From: Acidobacteriota bacterium
GTDB lineage: Bacteria; Acidobacteriota; UBA6911; JACQSX01
Reading direction: 5' to 3'
NCBI GenBank assembly: GCA_036507075.1
Contig: DASXQR010000131.1
Span: 1-19,634, forward strand
Length of the DNA stretch: 19,634 nt
The number at the start of each line of letters is the position of its first letter. Within the stretch, counting starts at the first letter, position 1. A program made the position numbers and the translations under genes. A model generated the notes under the pieces. The model did not search any database and was not told where the DNA came from. It was given only the letters and a program-made list of their open reading frames with translations. Below are positions 7,276-14,777 of this stretch, piece after piece.

Positions 7276-7380
7276 TCGTTTGCCGATTTGGAGCGATGGC
7301 AGATCGCCTATCTGCCCGTGTACGCAATATAGGCCGCACTGGTAGTTGTCGTGTTCGCGCCCTTGTTCGGCTATCGCTGA
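7276..7380 (+). pseudogene. C-terminal fragment of a conserved membrane protein with an internal nonsense codon
   Basis: SFADLERWQIAYLPVYAI*AALVVVVFAPLFGYR*, with TAG at 7330-7332 where TGG (Trp) would fit. It is followed by GGAGG and GTG starting a further stub, MKTLLLA. Confidence 0.6.
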
Positions 7381-7482
7381 GGAGGTTACTCGGTGAAGAC
7401 GCTTCTCCTTGCCAGGTCGTGTTCGTACAGAAAAAGACGTAGCCAATGCCTCTCACCTCCCGCGTCCTAAGTAGCTTCCAGG

Positions 7483-7715
7483 TTCGTGACGAGTTTCGGC
7501 ACCGTCATCGTTATCAATGCAGCCCTGCACGGCCTTGGTACCGTGGTGTCTTCATCTTACTCACCGGGGCTGGTAACTGGCTTGTTGCTCTACTTCCTGT
7601 AGGCTCGCTCGCGATTCTCAGCGGCCATCAGGAACTTCCGCCCGGCACTTTCGCGCGGGCAGCACTCTTAGGCGTCGCGATTCATGCAGTCGTCGCAGTC
7701 ATCGCTTTCGCCTAG
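7483..7715 (+). pseudogene. C-terminal fragment of an HXXEE-domain membrane protein, frameshifted
   Basis: FVTSFGTVIVINAALHGLGTVVSSSYSPGLVTGLLLY, then after a 1-nt deletion near 7594, LPVGSLAILSGHQELPPGTFARAALLGVAIHAVVAVIAFA*. The N...H and YSPGLVT..LLYLP motifs are typical of HXXEE proteins. Confidence 0.7.
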
Positions 7716-7755
7716 GCGCCTGAATCGGCGTCAGCTTCCGTCCCTTCGTGCCAGT

Positions 7756-7797
7756 GCGGCTTCGCCGCCCGCCGTGCGGTAAGGCTCCGCCTTACCG
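7756..7797 (+). repeat. REP-like repeat family R2, copy 1
   Basis: GCGGCTTCGCCGCCCGCCGTGCGGTAAGGCTCCGCCTTACCG forms two hairpins and has a near-identical copy at 8638-8680. Confidence 0.85.
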
Positions 7798-7800
7798 GAG

Positions 7801-7866
7801 TCCTCCCTCCTCCTTCCCCCTCTCCTTCGGCAAGGCTGTGCCTTGCCGAAAATTTTCTTTCGCAGA
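7801..7866 (+). repeat. Repeat family R1 (pyrimidine tract, hairpin, T-rich tail); may act as a terminator
   Basis: CT tract, then TTCGGCAAGGC-TGT-GCCTTGCCGAA, then AATTTTCTTTCGCAGA. Near-identical to 19365-19428. Confidence 0.85.
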
Positions 7867-7930
7867 AGGACTTTTCCGGCATCGTCGCGACCAGGTGATG
7901 TTGCTGTTACAATTCACCAGTCCGCCATGG

Positions 7931-7985
7931 ATCGACAGGGATTTGTCTTGAAGGGCATCTTCAGTTAACTAGCGACTGGACCAGG
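7931..7985 (+). repeat. Repeat A copy 2 joined to repeat B (the RidA stop codon and 3' flank)
   Basis: 7931-7965 matches 2268-2302 directly. 7969-7985 (CTAGCGACTGGACCAGG) is the exact reverse complement of 2593-2609. Confidence 0.88.
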
Positions 7986-7998
7986 CCCGAGTGGTGGA

Positions 7999-8574
7999 AT
8001 GGAAACACACGACGAAAGAATCCGCAAATTGATACAGGAAGATATCACTGTCGTCCCATACGATCCTCGCTGGCCGATGTCGTTCCAACACGAGAAGGAA
8101 CATCTCCTGTCCTGTCTGCCGCAGGAGCTGATCAGACGAATCGAGCATTTCGGCAGTACCGCGGTTCCGGGCTTAGCCGCAAAGCCGATTGTGGATATGC
8201 TGGTGGAAGTAACAGACCTTCAAGAAACCAAAACAAGGATCGCTCCCATCCTGGAGTCTCAAGGTTATGACTATCTCTGGAGACCGACCTCGGGTGATGA
8301 CACGCCTCCCTTCTATGCATGGTTCATCAAGCGGAACTCCCGAGGCTGTCGAACTCATCACATTCACATGATCGAGCATGATTTCGAGCACTGGGAGCGA
8401 CTCCTCTTCAGGGACTATCTCATCCAAAATCCCGCCCTGGCCAGACAGTATCAACAACTTAAGGAAAGATTGGCCACGGTCTATCCGAATGATCGAGTCG
8501 CTTATACGAGGGCCAAGACCGACTTCATCATCAAAGTCACGGCGGAAGCAAAAGTCTTCTACGGCTCAGCTTAA
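7999..8574 (+). CDS. GrpB/UPF0157 family protein (nucleotidyltransferase-like fold)
   Basis: VVPYDPRWP..F..E, IEHFGSTAVPGLAAKPIVDMLV, HHIHM, LLFRDYL, YQQLK..LA and YTRAKTDFI. Confidence 0.95.
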   Translation: METHDERIRKLIQEDITVVPYDPRWPMSFQHEKEHLLSCLPQELIRRIEHFGSTAVPGLAAKPIVDMLVEVTDLQETKTRIAPILESQGYDYLWRPTSGDDTPPFYAWFIKRNSRGCRTHHIHMIEHDFEHWERLLFRDYLIQNPALARQYQQLKERLATVYPNDRVAYTRAKTDFIIKVTAEAKVFYGSA

Positions 8575-8637
8575 CCGCACCGCTGTCGACGCTACCGATC
8601 TGGCTGGTCAGTCTGAAGTGCCGCTCGCTTATACTTC

Positions 8638-8680
8638 GCGGCTCAGCCGCCCGCCGTGCGGTAAGGCTCTGCCCTACCGC
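8638..8680 (+). repeat. REP-like repeat family R2, copy 2
   Basis: GCGGCTCAGCCGCCCGCCGTGCGGTAAGGCTCTGCCCTACCGC, located between convergent genes. Confidence 0.85.
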
Positions 8681-8800
8681 AGCTCTCGACGGGTTGGCAA
8701 GCCGCAGCCGGCCTCTGGCCGGTCACGAGACCTCCGCTCGAATGGGGACAGACCCCAACCCCGCTCCAGCGCTGCGTTGTCCCTATGTGGTTAAACGTTA

Positions 8801-11800
8801 TCAAAAGCCCATCTTTAACCCCAACTGAAAGGCCCGTGGCCCACCCGAGCCGAAGGCTTGATCCACGCGCGACGTAGGCTGGCCAAAGCCTGCGTTGGTC
8901 AGGTCGCCGGTGTGTCCTTGCAGATTGGCGATATTCAGGAGGTTGAAAACCTCAGCCAACAGCGTCAGCCGCCAGCGTTCTCGAATGTTGAAGTTACGGC
9001 TGAGGCGAAGATCCAGGGTGAAATAGCTATCCCCGAACTCGTAGTGCGAGGGCAACTGCAGGCGCGGAATCAAGCGACCCTGGGGGTCCCGCTTACCCGC
9101 GAAATTCGGGTTGAATTCGTTAACCAGCCTTTCAAGATCGTGTTTGCCGAAACCGCGATTGAATTGGCCAACATGAGAGCCTGGGAGTAGATCAGCAGTC
9201 GTGCCATCGCCGTTGAAATCGTTGCTGCCCACCCAGGCCGAAAATGGAGTCCGGCTGCTGTAGGCAGCGATGAAGCCAAGCTGAAAGCGCCGCGGCAGAT
9301 CGATGACGCCGGAGAAGTTCAGCAGGTGTGCCACGTCCTGGCCCAGGATGGGGCCATAGCTTTCAAACCAGTTGTCGAGGTTGAATCCCGAACCCATTCC
9401 GGCATTGAGGCCGGCGTTCCGGGAGTACGCGTAGGAGGCCAGAACCTGGAAGCCGTGCGAGAATCTCCGATCCACACGCAGGAGCAGTCCCTTGTAAGCG
9501 GCGCGGCCGAAATTGGTAAGGACGTTGATCGGTCCGAGCGAGCACCCGGCCTTCGGATCGTCGCGCTGCGCGCCGACGCACCGGGGCAGTACAGGCCCAC
9601 GCACGCTGTTGAAATGGTTGAAATCAAGTTGTCCGGCGCCGACATTGACGAAGCGGCGGAAGGCGAAATCGGCGCTCAGTACGCAGTGAGGAAAGATCTC
9701 ACGCTGCAGGCCCACGTTTAGGTGGATCGCGTACTGATTTGGAGTGAACTCCTGAATGACCGACCCAGTCTTATCAGCTTCGATGTTCCTGAGGGCAAAA
9801 TTGCGATTGCTGGGATTGAGGCCACTTGCAAGGGCCGCCCGAACAGCAGGCAGGATTTCCAGCAGACGAGTCCCGGTGAACAGTGTCGGATTGGCGCGGA
9901 AGTCGAGCGGAATGTTCAAGGGAACACCGGGAATGTCCGACAGCGGGTTGACAATGCGGCTGCCGGGAATGTTACGCCGGCCCGTGCCGAGTGGACCCAG
10001 CGAGTAGCGTTCGGTGTCGACGTTGCCAGGAAATAGGAAGTCGTAATAGATGCCGCCGCCGGCGCGCAGCACCGTTTTTCCGTCCCTTCCCGGACTCCAG
10101 GCCAGGCCCATGAGAGGCGAAAAATTGGTCCAGTTCTTTCGCACCGGCCCGAGACCTCCGGAGCCGAGAATGGGCGCCAGATATGCCGGCTTGCTAAGGT
10201 CATAGTTGATCTCGTCGTCGAGAGTCCAGCCGAGGCCATAGTTGAACGTCAAGCGGGGACGGAGGCGCCAGGTATCCTGGAAGAAGAGATGGACGATGTC
10301 GCCCGTGCGCGTGTCGCCAAAATTTTTCTGCAACACGCGGGCGCTGCCAATCCCGACGGTGACACTCTGGAGAGGCAACTGAAGTATGTCGGGGAGTGTA
10401 GGAAACGACGCAGGCAGCGGGATGCGAAGCCCAGGCGGAGTGGAGGGCAGGGCGTTATAATCCCGCACCCGCCGTGGAGAGAAGAGGACGATTGTAGCCG
10501 GCTCGTTATTAATGGTGAGATTGCCGCTGCGGAGGTACTCCCAGTCGGCGCCGAAGCGGAACTGGTGTACGCCTTTCTGCCAGGCCAGAAGGTCGCTCCA
10601 GTGATAGCGGCGGGCGAGACCTGTGACAGTCCCAACACTGCCCAGGGTGAGGCCGGTGTCGGCGACTGTAATTGACGGCGCTCCCAAACCGAGACAACCC
10701 GCGCAGTCCCTCTCGCCTGCCGGCAGCCTGGCGGAACTCGTGAAGAAATAGGAGAAGCGGAAATCGTTGACCAAAGTGGGGTACAGTGTCGAAGTGATAC
10801 CAAGCAGGCTCTGGTCGGCCCATGCCGTCAACCGCGGCCAGTTAGAAGGATAAGCCGTCTGATTTGCGGCCCCCGGCGCGAACTGCCGCACTCCATCATG
10901 AGAATGGCGCAAAAACAGGTAGTGGTTATCCGTCAGGCGGAAATCGAAGCGAAGGCTGAACTGAGTCTCAAAAAGCGGGCTCGGCGTGATCCGGCTCAGA
11001 GGCGCAAACTCGGGCGTGAGCTGCTGGGTGGCGCGCACGCTGCGCTGCTCGCTTCGCTCATAGTTGCCGAAGAAAAAGACCCTGTCTTTTCGGATCGGAC
11101 CACCAGCGGCGGCGCCAAACTGCCTGCGCTGAAAGAAGGGGTCAGGATTAAACGCGTCTCGCGCGAGCCCCGGATAAGCTGCCAGGTTATGATCGCGGAA
11201 GAAGAAGAACCCGCTTCCATGCAGCTCGTTGGTCCCTGATCGGGTGACAATGTTCACAGATCCGCTTCCGGTCAGGCCGGTGGACAGATCGAAGTTGACG
11301 GTCGCGATTTGGAACTCCTGCACCACTTCCTGAGACGAGCCCATCGCCGCGCCGCCTTGGCCGACCGCCATGATGCTTCCGCCATCGACGGTGACGCGAG
11401 TGAACCGCCCCGGAATGCCTCCCGCCCCTACGGGTCCCCCCATTACCGACACAAGGGTGCGATTGTCGCTGGATCGGGAGGGCGGCTGCACGCCGGGTTC
11501 GAGCTTGCCCAGCTCGAGAAAGCTCCGGCCATTGAGAGGAAGCGATTCGATCTGACTTCGGGTGACCACCCCGCCGACCTGATGGGAATCATGTTGAATT
11601 TGAGGCGACACTGTTTCGATCACGGTGGCCTGTTCCGTTACTTCGCCGACCTGGAGGGAAAGGTCGACGGTGGTAGTGGAACCGGCTTCGAGAATGGCTT
11701 GCCGCATCAGCGTGTTGAAGCCCTTCGCTTCTGCCCTGATCTCGTAGGATCCCACCGGCAGAGCCGCCGCGCTGTAGAAGCCATTCACTTCGGTGATGTA

Positions 11801-11977
11801 AGCACGGCTCAGGCCGATATCTTTATTGATAATCGTGATCCCCGCCGCGGGAATGACAGCGCCCGTCGGGTCAGTCACGGTCCCGACGATAGCTCCCGTG
11901 GGTGATTGGGCCAGCAGCCTTGCTGCTGCGAGCAAGAGAATCGCCGGCAACCATTTCGTGCGTTGTAGACGTTTCAT
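8801..11977 (-). CDS. TonB-dependent transporter, Oar-like, with an N-terminal carboxypeptidase-regulatory-like domain
   Basis: Start re-called at ATG 11977 (RBS AAGGAG, signal peptide MKRLQRTKWLPAILLLAAARLLAQ). Motifs GAIVGTVTDPTGAVIP, LPLNGRSFLEL, VQEFQI, VTRSGTNELHGSGF, FFQDTW, LRAGGGIYYD and AEVFNLLN, ending PRAFQLGLKMGF with a terminal Phe. 1058 aa. Confidence 0.95.
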   Translation of the reverse strand: MKRLQRTKWLPAILLLAAARLLAQSPTGAIVGTVTDPTGAVIPAAGITIINKDIGLSRAYITEVNGFYSAAALPVGSYEIRAEAKGFNTLMRQAILEAGSTTTVDLSLQVGEVTEQATVIETVSPQIQHDSHQVGGVVTRSQIESLPLNGRSFLELGKLEPGVQPPSRSSDNRTLVSVMGGPVGAGGIPGRFTRVTVDGGSIMAVGQGGAAMGSSQEVVQEFQIATVNFDLSTGLTGSGSVNIVTRSGTNELHGSGFFFFRDHNLAAYPGLARDAFNPDPFFQRRQFGAAAGGPIRKDRVFFFGNYERSEQRSVRATQQLTPEFAPLSRITPSPLFETQFSLRFDFRLTDNHYLFLRHSHDGVRQFAPGAANQTAYPSNWPRLTAWADQSLLGITSTLYPTLVNDFRFSYFFTSSARLPAGERDCAGCLGLGAPSITVADTGLTLGSVGTVTGLARRYHWSDLLAWQKGVHQFRFGADWEYLRSGNLTINNEPATIVLFSPRRVRDYNALPSTPPGLRIPLPASFPTLPDILQLPLQSVTVGIGSARVLQKNFGDTRTGDIVHLFFQDTWRLRPRLTFNYGLGWTLDDEINYDLSKPAYLAPILGSGGLGPVRKNWTNFSPLMGLAWSPGRDGKTVLRAGGGIYYDFLFPGNVDTERYSLGPLGTGRRNIPGSRIVNPLSDIPGVPLNIPLDFRANPTLFTGTRLLEILPAVRAALASGLNPSNRNFALRNIEADKTGSVIQEFTPNQYAIHLNVGLQREIFPHCVLSADFAFRRFVNVGAGQLDFNHFNSVRGPVLPRCVGAQRDDPKAGCSLGPINVLTNFGRAAYKGLLLRVDRRFSHGFQVLASYAYSRNAGLNAGMGSGFNLDNWFESYGPILGQDVAHLLNFSGVIDLPRRFQLGFIAAYSSRTPFSAWVGSNDFNGDGTTADLLPGSHVGQFNRGFGKHDLERLVNEFNPNFAGKRDPQGRLIPRLQLPSHYEFGDSYFTLDLRLSRNFNIRERWRLTLLAEVFNLLNIANLQGHTGDLTNAGFGQPTSRVDQAFGSGGPRAFQLGLKMGF

Positions 11978-12038
11978 CGACGAGGATCTCCTTTCCCGGC
12001 AATCAGTTTTTGATCTTGCAACCTGTACCGCAAGCAAC

Positions 12039-13445
12039 TTATGGCTTACACATTGAGACCGCAAAAGAGACGGTATTGGACAACACTCCGCCGATCTCAA
12101 CACGCAGTGTGTAGCTCCCTTCAGTCCCTTCGGGAAATGTTCCTGCTACACTGAAGCTCCCATTGGCATCGGTTTTGCCCCAGCCTGCAATCTCCCAGGA
12201 TTGACCATTGCTGGTTCCTAAGAGGCGCACAGAAGAGTTGATGGCGCCATTGCTCACCTTCAACTTCCAGGACGCCCCAATGCAGTATTCCTTCGATTCC
12301 AGTGAGAGTGCCGGCTCGTTATCGATAATTTTGAAAACACCACCGGAGGTACCCGCATAGGGAGTGTTTACGTTCCCTAGCGCCAAGGCCAAGGCTCGAA
12401 TGTCGAGGTTCGTCAAGCCGTCATTGAAGGAGCTCCAGTTTGTGCCGCCATCGATACTTTTGAAGACACCGCTGCCCGATGTCCCTGCATAGAGCATGTC
12501 TGGATTGTCCGGGTCAATCACCAGGGCCGCGATGTTTGAGCCAGTGTTGATCAGGTCGGCCAGACCGTTATTGATTGCCAACCAGCTTGCGCCGCTGTCG
12601 GTACTCTTGAACAACCCCCGAAAAACATTAGGATGACGGGGATAGCCGCGAAAGCTGCAAGTCGCTGCATAGAGAATGCCTGGGTTGACAGGATCAATCG
12701 CCACCACATTGACTCCGGTATTCGTGAGACCCGTGGTGCTCCAGTGCGCGCCGCCATCAGCGCTCTTTAACACTCCATTCCTGTAATCCGGGCCATCGTA
12801 TCCGTAATAGGGCGAGTCAAAAGTCCCCGCGTAGAGAGTGTTCTCATTGACTGGATCAATTGCCAGGGCAGCGAATGGAGGGCCTAGAAGATAGCTCCAG
12901 ATTGCGCCACCATCAGTGCTCTTCACCAGCGGAGACCAGGTATCTCCGAATAAATCGTCGTGGTTTGCCACATAGAGAGTTTTCGGATTGGAAGGATCCA
13001 TCACCAACGAATGGATAATGTCACATCCGTTGATATTCGGGCTGATGTTATTGTTCCAACTCGTGCCTCCATCGATGCTCTTGAACAAGCGACGATCGGA
13101 ATGGGAGCAAAAGTTTGGCTCAGCAATCGCAGCATAGAGAATGTCCGGGTTATCGGAGTCAATCACCAGAGCGACAGTGTTATAGAGAAGGGGCACGCCG
13201 CTGCTGCGCCAGCTTGCGCCGCCATCACTGCTCTTGAACACACCGCTGGCACCCGCTGCGTAGACTGTAGCCGGGTTGACGGGGTTAATGGCCAGCGCGC
13301 GAACATCGGGACTGGTGAGTCCCGCGCTGACAACCCAATTCGCAAGGTATAAGTTCTGCCACTTTGCACCAAAACCAAACTCAGCGCTCATGGCCAACAA
13401 GATCACCAGGTCAAACAGAGAATAATAATTCCTTAGACTTCTCAT
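12039..13445 (-). CDS. Secreted Asp-box (BNR/VPS10-like) beta-propeller protein C with the shared 91-aa C-terminal domain
   Basis: Six S-x-D-G/S-G-x-x-W boxes with ALAIDP.N...LYAG strands. Start re-called at MRSL (13445) by analogy with the paralog. Hydrophobic N-terminus. Confidence 0.88.
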   Translation of the reverse strand: MRSLRNYYSLFDLVILLAMSAEFGFGAKWQNLYLANWVVSAGLTSPDVRALAINPVNPATVYAAGASGVFKSSDGGASWRSSGVPLLYNTVALVIDSDNPDILYAAIAEPNFCSHSDRRLFKSIDGGTSWNNNISPNINGCDIIHSLVMDPSNPKTLYVANHDDLFGDTWSPLVKSTDGGAIWSYLLGPPFAALAIDPVNENTLYAGTFDSPYYGYDGPDYRNGVLKSADGGAHWSTTGLTNTGVNVVAIDPVNPGILYAATCSFRGYPRHPNVFRGLFKSTDSGASWLAINNGLADLINTGSNIAALVIDPDNPDMLYAGTSGSGVFKSIDGGTNWSSFNDGLTNLDIRALALALGNVNTPYAGTSGGVFKIIDNEPALSLESKEYCIGASWKLKVSNGAINSSVRLLGTSNGQSWEIAGWGKTDANGSFSVAGTFPEGTEGSYTLRVEIGGVLSNTVSFAVSMCKP

Positions 13446-13457
13446 CTCGGTCTCCAT

Positions 13458-14765
13458 TCATGGTTTGCAGTTCGAGACTACAAAGGAGATGGGGTTTGAA
13501 AACACTCCCCTGATTTCAACCCGCAGCGTGTAGCTCCCCTCGGTCCCTTCGGGCATTGTTCCTGCTGCACTGAAGCTGCCGCTGGCATCGGTCTTCTCCC
13601 ACTCTGCAATCTCCCAAGATTGACCACTGCTGGTTCCTAGGAGGCGTATGGAGGCGTTGGGCAGAGCATTGCTAACTTTCAAATTCCAGGAATTTCCGAT
13701 GCAGTACTTGGCTGAATCCAGTGCGAGTAGGGGAGTTGATGTCGATGAAAATGTGATATCAAAAACGCCACCACCGTAAGTCCCCGCATACACCGTGCTT
13801 GGGCTTAGTGGGTCAAGCGCCAGTGCAGGAAGAAAAATCGATGTGAGACCGGAGTTCTCCGCACTCCAGCTTTTTCCCGCATCCGTGCTCCTGAATATCC
13901 CCGCGTTTTCAGTACCGGCGTATACCGTGCTTGGCGTTTGCGGATCCACCACTACGGTCCGCACGGTCGTCAAAGGTAGCGCGGAGCGGAACCAGCTTGT
14001 TGCCCCATCCGTGCTCTTGAATACTCCACTTTGATAAGTTCCCGCGTATACCGTGCCTGGATCTTTAGGATCCACCACCAAGGCCGTGACGTAGCCACCG
14101 GTGAAGCCGGAATTCGCCGCTGTCCAGGTTATTCCCCCATCTGTGCTTTTAAAAATCCCTTCGAATGTGCCGGCGTATAATGTAGTCGGGTTTTTTGGAT
14201 CCATGGCTAATGCATAAATGCCGTGACTGGAACTGAGCGCGTGATAGGGCCAAGTCTTACCTCCATCGGTGCTCTTAAATACTCCGATCTCACGAACATC
14301 AAGATCCCCATAGCCGGTTCCCGCGTAGATCGTGCTCGGATTTTGAGGATCAACCACCAGGGTCCAGCAGCCCACGAGCCCAGTGTTCACGGCTGCCCAG
14401 CTTGCTCCCCCGTCGATGCTTTTGTACACTCCGTAATAAGTTGCCGCATATACGGTGCTTGAGTCCTGCGGGTCAACCGCCAATGCACTGACAAAATTCG
14501 GTGTTCTTTCCGAGCCGGAAGGACTCCAGGTCCTTGCGCCATCTGTGGTCTTGAATATCCCAGTGCCTGATTGATTCCAAGTTCCCGCGTAAATCGTAGC
14601 CGGGTTCTGTGGATCGATCGCCAGCGCGCCGATAAAGGCACCTTCAGGCCCATGGCTTGTCCATAGGTTGATTCCTGCAGAAAGCCTCCCTGATCCTGTT
14701 CCGATGCCGAAGAGCGCTACCACCACGGCAAACAAATTCCAAGGACAGTTCGTTAGACTTCTCAT
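13458..14765 (-). CDS. Secreted Asp-box beta-propeller protein B with the shared C-terminal domain
   Basis: Signal-like N-terminus, AGINLWTSHGPEG, six Asp boxes (consistent with one 7-bladed propeller). C-terminal domain at 13461-13733. Confidence 0.9.
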   Translation of the reverse strand: MRSLTNCPWNLFAVVVALFGIGTGSGRLSAGINLWTSHGPEGAFIGALAIDPQNPATIYAGTWNQSGTGIFKTTDGARTWSPSGSERTPNFVSALAVDPQDSSTVYAATYYGVYKSIDGGASWAAVNTGLVGCWTLVVDPQNPSTIYAGTGYGDLDVREIGVFKSTDGGKTWPYHALSSSHGIYALAMDPKNPTTLYAGTFEGIFKSTDGGITWTAANSGFTGGYVTALVVDPKDPGTVYAGTYQSGVFKSTDGATSWFRSALPLTTVRTVVVDPQTPSTVYAGTENAGIFRSTDAGKSWSAENSGLTSIFLPALALDPLSPSTVYAGTYGGGVFDITFSSTSTPLLALDSAKYCIGNSWNLKVSNALPNASIRLLGTSSGQSWEIAEWEKTDASGSFSAAGTMPEGTEGSYTLRVEIRGVFSNPISFVVSNCKP

Positions 14766-14777
14766 CTCGGTCCCCCT

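Noticed and set aside
7985..8011. GCCCGAGTGGTGGAATGGAAACACACG resembles the 5' end of a tRNA-Leu
   Set aside because: No anticodon arm, T-arm or 3' acceptor strand follows, and it overlaps a normal GrpB start (MET...). Probably coincidence, although a remnant cannot be excluded.
7963..8574. GrpB gene as an integron cassette (GTTAACT before it, GCTTAAC at its stop)
   Set aside because: The upstream site does not fit GTTRRRY, the two cores pair poorly, and no attC-like stem is evident downstream.
11978..12103. N-terminal extension of the transporter ORF; likewise 13446-13457 and 17457-17531 for other genes
   Set aside because: Downstream ATGs give better signal peptides and, for the first two, better RBS or paralog agreement. 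The transporter extension also overlaps the upstream gene.
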